Shown here: one piece after another, positions 7,812 to 18,413 of the stretch | Position numbering within the stretch: position 1 is the stretch's first letter | Layout of the letters: each line of letters starts with the position of its first letter | Origin: an uncultured Granulosicoccus sp. | Lineage (GTDB): Bacteria; Pseudomonadota; Gammaproteobacteria; Granulosicoccales; Granulosicoccaceae | DNA: 56,406 bases | Assembly (NCBI GenBank): GCA_938003775.1 | Contig: CALKXZ010000014.1 | Span: 1-56,406 of the forward strand | Direction: 5' to 3' | Position numbers and translations under genes: made by a program | The notes under the pieces: model-generated | What the model was told of the DNA's origin: nothing | Seen by the model: the letters and a program-made list of their open reading frames with translations, nothing else | Database searches by the model: none

Positions 7812-9914
7812 ATGTTTTTTGGACTGGACGGCGTGGAAATCTCGCTGATCATTACGTTTACCTGTTTGTTCATTGGCATCCTTTCAGGTTTTCCAGTGGC
7901 GTTTGCAATTGCCGGCTCGGCCATAGTGAGTTTCGGCATCATTGCCGTTATGAGTCATGCTGGCGTGCTCTACACATTGGTTGAACAAGGCGGTTCGACG
8001 GAGGTTGTCCCGGTGCTGCCACAGGGCTGGGATGGTGCGTTTTTGTCGACTATTTCAACTTGGTCCAGTGGTATTTTTTCACGTGCATTTGGCGGCAATG
8101 TGGAAACTTTGCTGGCGGTACCGTTGTTTGTACTTATGGGTATAGCGCTTGAGCGATCTCGAATTGCCGAGGATCTGCTCACAACAATGGCACGCACCTT
8201 TGGCAGCTTGCCTGGTGGTTTGGCCATATCTGTTGTGCTTGTTGGAACGCTGCTCGCGGCTAGTACTGGTGTTGTCGGTGCAACAGTGGTTACCATGGGA
8301 TTGATCGCGTTACCGACCATGTTGCGTGCCGGTTATTCCAAGTCTTTAGCCACGGGTGTTATCGCAACATCGGGTACGTTGGGTCAGATTATTCCACCCT
8401 CCATTGTGATCGTTCTGCTTGGCTCTATTGTCGGTGACATGTATTCAATTGGCCAAGAAAGCCGTGCAAAGGAACTTGGTGTCACCGTGATGGACATGCT
8501 CGGAGAGCCCGCGGTGTTGTCCACGGGTACGCTGTTTAAGGCCGCTTTTATTCCAGGTGTTGTTTTGGCCTTGCTGTATGCAGCCTATGCCTTGTTCTAT
8601 GCGTTGCTCAAACCTAATGCAGCACCTCCTATTAAGCATGAGATAACCGAACCGGGTAAGTTTGATGTTGCCGCTCACTACGGCCATCGCACCGGCTTGC
8701 TGGTCTTTCTGACTATGGCACCGCTGTTTGCGCTAATAGCGGGTTGGGTTTATTTAACCGGAATGGGCATCGTCAGTGCACAAGATCTCCCGACTGACTC
8801 AGGATTAATTTCACACGGCACTATGGCGTTGGTCGTTGGTGCTACGTTTGTGTTATTGCTAAGCCTGGTGTTGCAACCCCAATTCGCTAATTTTCCAGTA
8901 CTTATCGGTCTATTGGGCGTGATTGCTTATGTACTGGTCGATCTCTATGTACTCGATGCTGCGGCATCACCAGGGCGTCGTTTTTTGTCTTATGCACTGC
9001 CTACGCTGCTGATATTAATAGGCTTGCGTGCGGCGCTGTCTCGGCTGGGTAATATTGATGTGCTGCGCGTGGTATCCCCGCCCGTTATATTAATCGTGTC
9101 TGTGCTTGGTTCGATTCTCGGTGGCGTAACAAGCCCCACGCCAGCGGCTGCACTGGGCGCCGCCGGAGCAATTATGTTGGCCGCTAGCCGGCTGTCTCAA
9201 GGTGAAAAAGGCGCTACCAGGATCGTGTTGTGGGCATCGTTTTCCATCGTGATACTCCTTTTAATGCGGGGCAATTTCGATTTACGTATGACGTTAAGCG
9301 AGATCAGCTTGGAGAACCAGATTGCCGTGTGGGTCACCATCGTTGCTTACCATGTGGCAGTGTTTGGATTGTTGTTCGCCTGTTTTGTGATGTTCAATAA
9401 GCGCGTCATGTCACCGGTAGTCAGAGAGACCACCAAAGTCACTAGCATGGTGTTCATGATCTTAATAGCCTCCTTGTTTCTGAGCCTATCGATACGTGCC
9501 TATGGCGGGGAGCACTATATTCAAGAAGTCCTGCGCAGTATCGATGATCCGCGAACATTGTTGCTGGTGGTTATGGCCGTGTTATTTGTGCTTGGGTTTG
9601 TGCTGGATTTTATCGAGATCATATTTATCGTGATCCCAATTGTGGGGCCAGTTATCTATGCCACTGATCCGGCGCTGATGCCGCCCGAATGGATTACCAT
9701 CCTGATTGCGGTAAACCTGCAGACATCCTTTATCACACCGCCGTTCGGCTTTGCATTGTTCTACTTGCGCGGTGTAGCGCCGCCGTCAGTCACTACTGGG
9801 GATATCTATCGGGGAATATGGCCATTTGTGTTCATTCAAATTTTTGGCCTGATTATTTTGTGGAATTTTCCTCAAATCACCACGTTCCTGCCCGATCTTC
9901 TGCCGGCTAATTGA
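7812..9914 (+). CDS. dctM: TRAP transporter large permease (DctM) with internal membrane insertion
   Basis: LLAVPLFVLMG, AASTGVVGATV, SGTLGQIIPPS, NLQTSFITPPFGFALFYLRG. Confidence 0.92.
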   Translation: MFFGLDGVEISLIITFTCLFIGILSGFPVAFAIAGSAIVSFGIIAVMSHAGVLYTLVEQGGSTEVVPVLPQGWDGAFLSTISTWSSGIFSRAFGGNVETLLAVPLFVLMGIALERSRIAEDLLTTMARTFGSLPGGLAISVVLVGTLLAASTGVVGATVVTMGLIALPTMLRAGYSKSLATGVIATSGTLGQIIPPSIVIVLLGSIVGDMYSIGQESRAKELGVTVMDMLGEPAVLSTGTLFKAAFIPGVVLALLYAAYALFYALLKPNAAPPIKHEITEPGKFDVAAHYGHRTGLLVFLTMAPLFALIAGWVYLTGMGIVSAQDLPTDSGLISHGTMALVVGATFVLLLSLVLQPQFANFPVLIGLLGVIAYVLVDLYVLDAAASPGRRFLSYALPTLLILIGLRAALSRLGNIDVLRVVSPPVILIVSVLGSILGGVTSPTPAAALGAAGAIMLAASRLSQGEKGATRIVLWASFSIVILLLMRGNFDLRMTLSEISLENQIAVWVTIVAYHVAVFGLLFACFVMFNKRVMSPVVRETTKVTSMVFMILIASLFLSLSIRAYGGEHYIQEVLRSIDDPRTLLLVVMAVLFVLGFVLDFIEIIFIVIPIVGPVIYATDPALMPPEWITILIAVNLQTSFITPPFGFALFYLRGVAPPSVTTGDIYRGIWPFVFIQIFGLIILWNFPQITTFLPDLLPAN

Positions 9915-10033
9915 TCTTTATTTTTAGTCGTTTCAGAATATTTCGTGCGCTGTAAAAGCCAGCCTAGTGAACTCATGTGCATTCGGCGTTTTACGAACGA
10001 TCTCGCACAGGCGATGGCAAAGCGGGGAAGACA

Positions 10034-13000
10034 CTACCCCGCTTTTCGCATCACTTCCATATTGGCCAGGCGGTTTGCTGCACGTCGATCACGTTCTATA
10101 TTGCCACTTGCTGTGAAGCGGGGCTGAGATCGACGATCACCCAATCTGTCTTTCATTTCACGTCGCTCTATGCCTTGCTGATAACGAAAGTTCATACGTG
10201 ACGTGAGCTCGTTGACAGCACCGGTATTGTGAAGGTTCGTAATGTCATTGTCAGAGTGATCAGACAGAGACTCAGTCGCGTGTGCCGGTACTTTTCGTAG
10301 CGCTGAGTTGGAACCACGACGCTCCTCCAGAATTTCTATCGATCCGGACAGTGACATACGGACCACGTCACCGCTGTTGAGTCGCTGACAGACACCCGAT
10401 ACGCCGACAATGGCTGGTAAGTCGTATTCACGCGCGACAATGGCTGCATGGCTCAGCCAACCACCAACTTCAGTGACAATACCTCGGGCCTGAGAGAACA
10501 GTGGATACCAGGTTGGGTCAGTCATACGGGCAATGAGTATTTCGCCTTCCTTAAACGTATGAATTTGGTCTATATCGGTGATTACCCGAACCTTACCTAC
10601 CACTTCCTGCTCACCGGCCACGCGCTTGCCGGAGAGTTCAGTTTGAACGACGGCATCAGGCCGAGTACCGGTCAGCATATCAATGCGTTCCAGATCGCTG
10701 ATCGATAGTGATGCAGGTAATTGCAATGATTTCCAGGCAATGGATGCCTCGAAACGTTGATCAGCGGTAGTGATCAGCTGTTGCCTGACTTGTGGGTCAG
10801 CCAGTTGTATGGCTTCATTAATGTGTAACTGGAAAATGCGACCGTTAAGCTGGCATTTTTCATCAATAGCCAGCAACAGTTTGCGAATTTGTGCCAGTTC
10901 TATGAGACAGTAATGTTTGGCCTCTTCCTTGAGTCGCATAAAGTTACGAGCACGCTGCACAGTAATACTGAGTACTTTGCTGCTCGGTAACTCACACTGC
11001 TCATTAGAGTCGGTAGCAACCTCTTCGTGTTTGACTGCTTGCGATGAGCGTTCGATATACTGCCGAACCAGCTGCAAATCTTCATTGAACCGAGGTTCGG
11101 CCAGCTCATAGTCCAATGGTGCCCGGTGCCCGAATGTCATTAGAAATTCTTCGATCGCTTCGTGAGACACCGTGTTTCTATTCAACAGTGACATGGCACG
11201 GCTGACGACGGTCTCTTCGTGATCATTCAAGAAGCGTGTTGGCTCGAGTTTGGCAGCGGCGAGTTTATCCAGCGCGCTTTTCATGTGGAAGTCTGCGCTG
11301 ATATTGATTCGCTCGGCTGCACAGTACGTGTCCTGAACAAATCGATTAACCCAGGCTTCTAGTAAATCGGTAGCAGCCTCTAAGCTCAGTCGTTCCATGG
11401 CGATGGCATTACGTTCAATCATTTCTGACTGAAACTGAGGCAAAAACTCAGCTCTAAATTGTTCTTCAGTTGCTTCGGCGTTGCGCGCCAGTCGGAAAGA
11501 GGCCAGTGCACCTGGTCCCTTACCCAGACGGCGACGCTCTTCTTGCTTGTTGACATACGTCCAGCCAAATACTGAATTGATATAGGGCATGGATCTGAAG
11601 TGGACATTATAAGGAATCCCAAGCTCATGACAGGCTAGATCGGTGCTGCCACCAGCTGCCCACAGACGTTCCATGAAGTCGCTGCTGAAAGGGGTCGGTC
11701 TTGGCAATAGTTCAGAGAGTTCATTCTGAACATATACCGGCTCTTGAGCATTTATTTTCTCGCTACTACGGAACCGCTTGCGTTGTCCTAACAGATTGTT
11801 GAGTAACTTGCGTCGTTCACTCTCGGCTAAATTCTTCAAAGAACTCCCAACACTGATTGAACGTGTGATGTCGCGTGCTTGGAGTAAGTAGAATGTTCCT
11901 TTGGCATAGGCCCACTCGATATCCTGTGGGTGCTCGAACAGGGCTTCCAATTCTCTTCCCAGTGCCAGCAGTGGCGCTACATCAATAGGCGGGCGAACCG
12001 CATTGCTAGACTCCTCTTCCAAGAGTTCTCCGGTTAATTTACCGTAGGCGAAAGAATCCGGTGTGACGTTGCCGCTGACCAGGTCCTCGCCCAGCCCGGT
12101 GACCATTTCAACCATCATGGCGCCGGTTGTGGCCGGGTGTTCAGTGAACATGACACCGGCGTATTCTGCCGGTACCATTTTCTGTACGACCACTCCACCT
12201 TGATCGAATTCGACGGTAGCGCCGGGTTGTTGTGCGTTTTGAGTGTAAGCGGCGGAGCGTTCGGAACACAGTGAGTCGTACACCTCACGAACAGCGGGCT
12301 CCAGAGCATCACGGGTTACGTTGAGTATGGATTCGTACACACCTGCGAAACTACTGTCCTCTCCATCCTCATTAGCCCCAGAGCTGCGCACCGCCACTTT
12401 TTGTGTTTTAAGACTTTTCCAAAGCTTGTCCAGCTCTTTTGCCTGAAGCTTGTTCCACAATGGCTTGTCAGGTCGTGTCCGGGTGCGGTTGGTAATTTCG
12501 CTGGTAAATACAAACCCATTGGGCACGTTGTATCCTGCTTCGATGAGTTGACCCAGACGCGCCGCCTTCTTACCCGTTGATTCTGGCAACAGATGCGCCT
12601 GTGATAATGGAATGAGTCCGGTATCTTCTATGGTGTTGGTCTTGTCTGCACCGGCTGAATCCCATTCCATCAAGTTTCCGATGAGGCGGAATAGCGCGCT
12701 CTGCGCTATCAGGAACACCATGCTAATACTCAAGTACAAATTCACAGCCGCACCCAGTGTCTGTAGCAGCCACATAAGAGCAACACCGCCGAGTGCATAT
12801 AATAATTTTTTTCGCAGAGTCTTCGCCGGGCTCTGTGACGCCAGCACGCCAACAAAAAGAGCGCTTGCCACAATCGGCATGATGAGCAGCGGATCAGCAG
12901 CCGATGCAGAATCGAACCACAAGAAAGACTGATCCCAGCCAGCACTGGCTTTGCTCACGGCTGAATAGAACAGCAGCATCAGAGACAACTGAAACAGGCT

Positions 13001-14470
13001 GGCCAACATATTAATGACTGGTCTGATTTTGTATCGCTTGTACAATTGCATGGTGGCATCGGTCAAAGCTCGCGGATGATCAGACAATTCATCTTTGAGA
13101 TCAGCCAAACGACCGGATAGGGATTTTTGCACCCGAGTGTCTCTTTCCGCTTTCAACGAAAGTGGCAATAGAACAAATCGAGTTAGCAAAACTATACCGA
13201 GCAGTGCGAACACATAGTGACCGCTAATATCCACCAGCTTATTGAGTAGATTTTGCATCGGTGTCACAACATAACTTGCCAGAGTTAGTTGCTCCTGGTT
13301 CTGCTTCCAAGCCGATACATGCGCCCGTTCAGTGTTCTTAGGTACATAGTATTCATTGGGAACGGTATAACGACCGCGAAAGTCCAGCCCAGCACGCTCC
13401 AGGCGCAGACCAATTAACTGCGAATAGAAGCAGCTTCGCTTGTCGTAACATGCGGCGATGTAGGGTACGTCTTCCAAAGAACTGATTCGATCAGCTAGGG
13501 CTGCACTACTTAGTGCCCGCATGGTTATATTATGGGCGCCTGGAAGATGATCTTTGACAAAGTCATTAGGATAGCGTACGTCCAGAAATTGTGCACCCGA
13601 TTCACTAACGAGCTTATTAACATCGGGAGTGTCTAGCAGTACGTCCTTGTTTTTGAAGTCGGGTAGCTGTCGTAAATCAGCTATGGATAAGTCAACCTTA
13701 GAGGATAGAGGGCGTGATTCGGTCATCCATTTCTCATAGCCACCCATCATGAAATTACATTCTTTTCCTTGCTTAGTGAGTTCACCACACAATTCTGAAC
13801 TGCGATTGCCTGAATAGCATAAAAGCAGTGTTTTGGTATTGTCAGTGAACAATGATGAGCGCGCTAGGACATCTGGGTAACGCAGGTGTGCAGCACCTTC
13901 TATGGCACCAACTTCAAATTCTTCGTTCTCTCGCACATCGATGATGTTGACTGGCACATCGTCTTCTAGCCACTGGGCCAAGGTTTGTGTAGAAATACCT
14001 TGGGGGTGAGTGAGCTGTTCACTAAATGACAAGGTCTTGATACTGGTATCACCAACAGTTTGACCGTTCTCAACTGATTTTCGAACAAGGTTGGTGTGCA
14101 GTCGCTGATTTTTGGCATCCAGTGAGCTGGTGTACTGCAGCATGTTGGCTGACAATGAACCGAGTAAACATACACCGGCTAATGCCAATATGATTTTTCC
14201 GCCGGCTGAGCTTTGTTTGCTTTTTCGGCTGATTTTCTTTTTAGCAGATACAGCAAACCCGCCGAAAACCACGCTGAGTAAGCCCAGTAGTTGAGCAACA
14301 CTTGCCGATAAATTGATCACAAGATCTGGCGAAGGAATTGCTAAAACCTGAGTGCTGAACATCATTAACATGACTGCACTTAGCCAACAGCCATACCTTG
14401 CCATTGGTCGCTGCATGCAACGAGTCCTTTTGCGTTTTATATTTTTTATAATATTCATGGCGACAGTCAA
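10034..14470 (-). CDS. Fusion protein: N-terminal signal/TM + 2 rhodanese domains + YidC/Oxa1 insertase core + PEP/pyruvate-binding ATP-grasp + Rph/PigC-like central domain + phosphohistidine swivel domain
   Basis: Rhodanese: IIDVRENEEF..GAIEGA..LLCYSGNRS..GGYEKW and FLDVRYP..HLPGAHN..ACYDKRS. YidC: LLTRFVLLPL, MQLYKRYKIRP, FLWFDSASAADP, AVNLYLSISMVFLIAQ. PEP-utiliser: GKKAARLG, VAVRSSGANED..SFAG, GLGEDLVSG, PQDIEWA, LLQAR, TEVGGWLSHAAIVARE. Exact start uncertain. Confidence 0.85.
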   Translation of the reverse strand: MTVAMNIIKNIKRKRTRCMQRPMARYGCWLSAVMLMMFSTQVLAIPSPDLVINLSASVAQLLGLLSVVFGGFAVSAKKKISRKSKQSSAGGKIILALAGVCLLGSLSANMLQYTSSLDAKNQRLHTNLVRKSVENGQTVGDTSIKTLSFSEQLTHPQGISTQTLAQWLEDDVPVNIIDVRENEEFEVGAIEGAAHLRYPDVLARSSLFTDNTKTLLLCYSGNRSSELCGELTKQGKECNFMMGGYEKWMTESRPLSSKVDLSIADLRQLPDFKNKDVLLDTPDVNKLVSESGAQFLDVRYPNDFVKDHLPGAHNITMRALSSAALADRISSLEDVPYIAACYDKRSCFYSQLIGLRLERAGLDFRGRYTVPNEYYVPKNTERAHVSAWKQNQEQLTLASYVVTPMQNLLNKLVDISGHYVFALLGIVLLTRFVLLPLSLKAERDTRVQKSLSGRLADLKDELSDHPRALTDATMQLYKRYKIRPVINMLASLFQLSLMLLFYSAVSKASAGWDQSFLWFDSASAADPLLIMPIVASALFVGVLASQSPAKTLRKKLLYALGGVALMWLLQTLGAAVNLYLSISMVFLIAQSALFRLIGNLMEWDSAGADKTNTIEDTGLIPLSQAHLLPESTGKKAARLGQLIEAGYNVPNGFVFTSEITNRTRTRPDKPLWNKLQAKELDKLWKSLKTQKVAVRSSGANEDGEDSSFAGVYESILNVTRDALEPAVREVYDSLCSERSAAYTQNAQQPGATVEFDQGGVVVQKMVPAEYAGVMFTEHPATTGAMMVEMVTGLGEDLVSGNVTPDSFAYGKLTGELLEEESSNAVRPPIDVAPLLALGRELEALFEHPQDIEWAYAKGTFYLLQARDITRSISVGSSLKNLAESERRKLLNNLLGQRKRFRSSEKINAQEPVYVQNELSELLPRPTPFSSDFMERLWAAGGSTDLACHELGIPYNVHFRSMPYINSVFGWTYVNKQEERRRLGKGPGALASFRLARNAEATEEQFRAEFLPQFQSEMIERNAIAMERLSLEAATDLLEAWVNRFVQDTYCAAERINISADFHMKSALDKLAAAKLEPTRFLNDHEETVVSRAMSLLNRNTVSHEAIEEFLMTFGHRAPLDYELAEPRFNEDLQLVRQYIERSSQAVKHEEVATDSNEQCELPSSKVLSITVQRARNFMRLKEEAKHYCLIELAQIRKLLLAIDEKCQLNGRIFQLHINEAIQLADPQVRQQLITTADQRFEASIAWKSLQLPASLSISDLERIDMLTGTRPDAVVQTELSGKRVAGEQEVVGKVRVITDIDQIHTFKEGEILIARMTDPTWYPLFSQARGIVTEVGGWLSHAAIVAREYDLPAIVGVSGVCQRLNSGDVVRMSLSGSIEILEERRGSNSALRKVPAHATESLSDHSDNDITNLHNTGAVNELTSRMNFRYQQGIERREMKDRLGDRRSQPRFTASGNIERDRRAANRLANMEVMRKAG

Positions 14471-14471
14471 A

Positions 14472-16778
14472 TTACGCAGCCTTATCTAGCGTATTGGTAT
14501 CTTCATCCAATAGCTCAGATATACGGGTAGACAACCAGAAAACTATCTTTTCTTCCAACGCGTGTTCTTCAAAAGGTTTGGAAAGATAGTCATCCATGCC
14601 GGCTGAAATACACTTTTCTGCATCGCCAGTCATGGCGTTGGCAGTGAGTGCAATGATAGGTAGATGTTGCCCCTGTTTTGCATCGGTTTGTTCACGTTTT
14701 CTAAGTGCCTGAGTAGCGGCGTAACCATCTAGCACAGGCATCTGGCAATCCATTAGTACCAGGTCAAAATCGTCATTGGCAATTCTGTCAAGCCCTTCTT
14801 GACCGTTGTCGGCAACATCAGCGTGAAAGCCTATTTTTTCAAGCATACCGATGGCCACTTCCTGATTCACGGCATTATCCTCGACCACCAGAATATTGAT
14901 ACTTGAGTAAGCACGGCGTCGAGCCAGTTTGGATTCGTCTTCTATTTGGGTTTCTTGGACTTTTTCATGCACCGCGCGTTCGAGTATTTGTCCAAGCTCG
15001 GAGCGTTTAACAGGCTTGGTAATTTGCGCAGCTATGCGTGGATTCTTGTGCGGGTAGAGCTCTGGCACTTGTTCTGTAACATAGGCCATGGGTACTAATT
15101 TAATAGGGTCGAATACCGGATCAGCATCGACACAGCGTGCAAACACTTCGCCAGGCATATCACTGAGTTGTGCGCTGAACAGAATGATGTCGGGCATTTC
15201 GTTGTTGATAGCAGCATCACGGATAACCTCCAGAGCCTCAGCGCCTGTGGTGACGGTGGTAGTGGCCAGAGACAACTCTGCAAGCAGGGTTTGCATCAAC
15301 TCACAAGCAGAATCATTGTTTTCAACCAACATCACGCGTCTTGAACTGATGGTTTGTAACTGTGCTTTTTCCGTTAACGTTTTACCCGAAACTGGCAGCG
15401 TTAACTCGAACCAGAACTCGCTGCCTTGACCAACAGTTGAGGAAACACCGATCTTGCCACCCATGCCCTCTATTAAGCGCCGACTAATAGCCAGACCCAG
15501 TCCGGTGCCTCCATACTTGCGTGTGGTTGAACCGTCCGCCTGCTCAAAAGACTGAAATACTGATTGCAGGGCTGATTCTTCAATGCCGACGCCGGTGTCT
15601 GAAATACTAAACAGCAGGCGGGATTCTGTATCGTTGTGGCTTAGCTCTTTGACGCTTACACGAACTTCGCCTTCGGTGGTGAACTTGACAGCGTTGCCCA
15701 TCAGGTTGGTTAACACCTGACGTATTCGTGTAGGGTCACCCTTAACGTTCTGTCTGACGCTGCCTGAAACATGGCACAGTAATTCTAGGTGTTTACTGTT
15801 AGCTTGTTCAGACAGTGCGATAGCGCACCCTTCAACGACCTCTTCGAGATTGAAGTCGATTGTTTCGAACTCTAGCTTGCCCGCTTCAACCTTCGAGAAA
15901 TCCAGAATATCGTTAATCAGTGTGAGTAGTGATTTCCCAGAGGTAGTGGCGATCTTCACTTGCTCTGTTTGTTCTGGGTCAAGCGATGTGCCCTGTAACA
16001 GCGAAAGCATACCCAGTACACCGTTCATAGGTGTTCTAAGCTCGTGCGACATATTGGCCAGGAATTCAGACTTTGAACGAGAGGCTTCCTCGAGCTCCTG
16101 CTCCTTCTGTTTGCGTAACTCCAGAATATTACCTAATTCGTTAACCGAACCACCCAGGTCCATTAATTCGCGTGCAGCAACAATATCCAGTTCGCCGCTG
16201 GCCTTGTTGGCTTGTAGGAGTAATAGATGGTTGTGAATTAGTCTTATGGGCGTCACAACCAGTCCGTTAATCAGTCCTACCACGATCATGGCTAGCACCA
16301 GTGATATACCCGATGCATACAGATAGATTTTGATTGCGTAGGATTTTATTTCAGCCTGTTGTCGTTGCACATTCCAGGTCACGTCTATCCGACCGAATGA
16401 CTCTCCTTCGAGCAAAACATCGTGTGAAAAATCTAAACACAGCTCTGGCGCAATGGGGGAATCCTTGTTCCATTGAGTCAGTATTTCGTCATTCTCGTTA
16501 TAAATACTGACCGCTTCTACATCCGGGTCGTTGTCGACCAATTGCTTAATAGTAGTATCCAGAACTGGTCGGTCTTCACTGAGGATGGCGTCTAGAGATG
16601 TGGCCGATAACATCGAGACTAGCTTTTGTGTCTGGTCTCGAAAGTTTCGTTCAAAGGCAAGGTTTTCATTGAATCGTACGAACTCTGCAGCCGAAAGCCC
16701 CACAGCCAGAATGGTGCATCCCATGACGAGGATAATCTGTTGGCGTAGGGGCCAATTTTTAAATAGTCTTGCAAACAC
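14472..16778 (-). CDS. Membrane hybrid sensor histidine kinase (periplasmic domain, HAMP-like, HisKA, HATPase, pseudo-REC, REC)
   Basis: [49 protein letters not shown]. Confidence 0.93.
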   Translation of the reverse strand: MFARLFKNWPLRQQIILVMGCTILAVGLSAAEFVRFNENLAFERNFRDQTQKLVSMLSATSLDAILSEDRPVLDTTIKQLVDNDPDVEAVSIYNENDEILTQWNKDSPIAPELCLDFSHDVLLEGESFGRIDVTWNVQRQQAEIKSYAIKIYLYASGISLVLAMIVVGLINGLVVTPIRLIHNHLLLLQANKASGELDIVAARELMDLGGSVNELGNILELRKQKEQELEEASRSKSEFLANMSHELRTPMNGVLGMLSLLQGTSLDPEQTEQVKIATTSGKSLLTLINDILDFSKVEAGKLEFETIDFNLEEVVEGCAIALSEQANSKHLELLCHVSGSVRQNVKGDPTRIRQVLTNLMGNAVKFTTEGEVRVSVKELSHNDTESRLLFSISDTGVGIEESALQSVFQSFEQADGSTTRKYGGTGLGLAISRRLIEGMGGKIGVSSTVGQGSEFWFELTLPVSGKTLTEKAQLQTISSRRVMLVENNDSACELMQTLLAELSLATTTVTTGAEALEVIRDAAINNEMPDIILFSAQLSDMPGEVFARCVDADPVFDPIKLVPMAYVTEQVPELYPHKNPRIAAQITKPVKRSELGQILERAVHEKVQETQIEDESKLARRRAYSSINILVVEDNAVNQEVAIGMLEKIGFHADVADNGQEGLDRIANDDFDLVLMDCQMPVLDGYAATQALRKREQTDAKQGQHLPIIALTANAMTGDAEKCISAGMDDYLSKPFEEHALEEKIVFWLSTRISELLDEDTNTLDKAA

Positions 16779-16840
16779 GGCTATATATGCTCTTGAGTTG
16801 ACGATTCGATGGTCAATAGATGTCTTCTGTCAGTGAGATA

Positions 16841-18025
16841 CTATTGCGCTGGTTGAGTCGTTGAGGAGTGACCAACCTCATCATCAGGAATCGTCAGGTT
16901 TATCGTGAATGTGTTAGGACTATTGGGATTGTTTGCTTCAAACAAGCTGCGTGGCAATGTAATGTTGACAGTGACTAACCGATTGTTAGTTTGATGGACG
17001 TGATTCATGTTTACCGGTTGCTCTGACATCGAGGATGCGTGTGATGTTGTGCTGGTCGCCATAGGCGCCTGTTCAGCTGCTTGCATGAGAGGCTCGTGTA
17101 CGATGTTTGATGTGGCTTTAGCTTCTGTGACTTCTGTTTTTTCGTGCTCAGCGAAAAAAGCCTGATTGTTTTCCATCGCTTTACGGATGACTTTGTAGTC
17201 ATCATCATTTCCCTCTAGAAAGCCATCAATTTTCAATGTGGCCAGAGTCTTTTTGCTTTTGACTTGTAATAATGATTCGCGAAGTGCTTCTAAGACGTCT
17301 GGCTCCAGGCCAGATCGAGCGATCCAAGGCTTGGTTACATTCGGAAAGCGAACCAGTTCACGTATGTTCTCGCCAGCGTCCACCAGTTTTACAAAGGTTT
17401 TCTCGTTCAAAGCACCGGCATCAAAGCTCCCAGCTCCAACAGCTGTGCCTACCTTGTCGTGGCGTCCCAAATAGTCGTAGCGGCTAAGATCGCCTGCGCG
17501 GATGCCAGCTTGTTCCAATTCGAGCTGGGACAAGAAGCGGCCGATAGTTGAACCTTCGTCGCCAAAAGCAAACGACTTACCTCGGAGTTCGCCAATTGAC
17601 TGAATCGGGCTGTCCTTACGCACGGCGATGATGCCGTAGAACACTTTCGAGTTTTTGACGTTTTCAACAGACAGTATGCTGATGTCCTTGTTCATACGTT
17701 TGGCCTCAATGTAGGAGGCCGGTCCGAATTTAGAAAAGTCTACGCGTCCGTTGATCAAATGAGAGATGCCCTGGTCGTAGTCTTTGGCAATCTGCATACG
17801 GATATCGACGTCACGTCCCAGTTTCGCCGACATGCTCGCTTCGAGCTCTTTGAGAATCGGTCGGTATACCTTCACCATGGCCGAAGGTTTGTTAGAACTA
17901 TAAACACCAAAGTTAAGTCTCACGGTGCCTTCAGCGTGTACATGAGAGCTCAGTGTTGAAACCAGTGAGGCGGTTAGTACACCCGCCAGAATAAGGCCAT
18001 TTCGGGAATTGGAAAGCAGTGACAT
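16841..18025 (-). CDS. PhnD/phosphate-phosphonate-type periplasmic binding protein with C-terminal extension
   Basis: Signal peptide; LNFGVY, DYDQGISHLINGRVDFSKFGPASY, LRGKSFAFGDEGSTIG, YLGRHDKVGTAVGAGSFDAGA. Confidence 0.85.
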   Translation of the reverse strand: MSLLSNSRNGLILAGVLTASLVSTLSSHVHAEGTVRLNFGVYSSNKPSAMVKVYRPILKELEASMSAKLGRDVDIRMQIAKDYDQGISHLINGRVDFSKFGPASYIEAKRMNKDISILSVENVKNSKVFYGIIAVRKDSPIQSIGELRGKSFAFGDEGSTIGRFLSQLELEQAGIRAGDLSRYDYLGRHDKVGTAVGAGSFDAGALNEKTFVKLVDAGENIRELVRFPNVTKPWIARSGLEPDVLEALRESLLQVKSKKTLATLKIDGFLEGNDDDYKVIRKAMENNQAFFAEHEKTEVTEAKATSNIVHEPLMQAAEQAPMATSTTSHASSMSEQPVNMNHVHQTNNRLVTVNITLPRSLFEANNPNSPNTFTINLTIPDDEVGHSSTTQPAQ

Positions 18026-18413
18026 ATTTCTTTAACTTCCGGGGAATGTTGGTGGCTATCAGGGATGAAAACGGCATCTGGACACAATCCTGAAGCAATT
18101 GATCTGTGCGATATCGGAAAACTGTGAAGTGTTGAATCAAATCCTGCGCATGCGTGCTTAGGGCAAAAAAATAGTGCGAGCAGTGCTTGTCCGGTTTCCC
18201 TTAATTTTCATTGTGCAGATGTGCTCACCGAGATCGCTGGTTGAAACTTGAGATAGACAGCGTAATTCGTTGGTATTGGCACTATTAAGGATGGGCGTTT
18301 CAGGCCGATAAAGGGTTGTGTAGCGATAGATTCCCCAGGATCGGGGTAGCTGCAATATTCAACAGTGTTAACTGCTGACGACAGTTAATGGCTATTTTTA
18401 GAACAGAGGCAGA

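Noticed and set aside
10034-12620. Calling the fusion a rifampicin phosphotransferase (rph) or PEP synthase (ppsA)
   Set aside because: It shares the Rph domain order only. Substrate-pocket identity cannot be judged by eye, and the PpsA C-terminal barrel is absent.
12680-13273. Calling this the housekeeping yidC
   Set aside because: No P1 domain, no rnpA/mnmE context, and it is embedded in a large fusion.
16841-18025. Phosphonate ABC transporter operon
   Set aside because: No phnC/phnE genes nearby.
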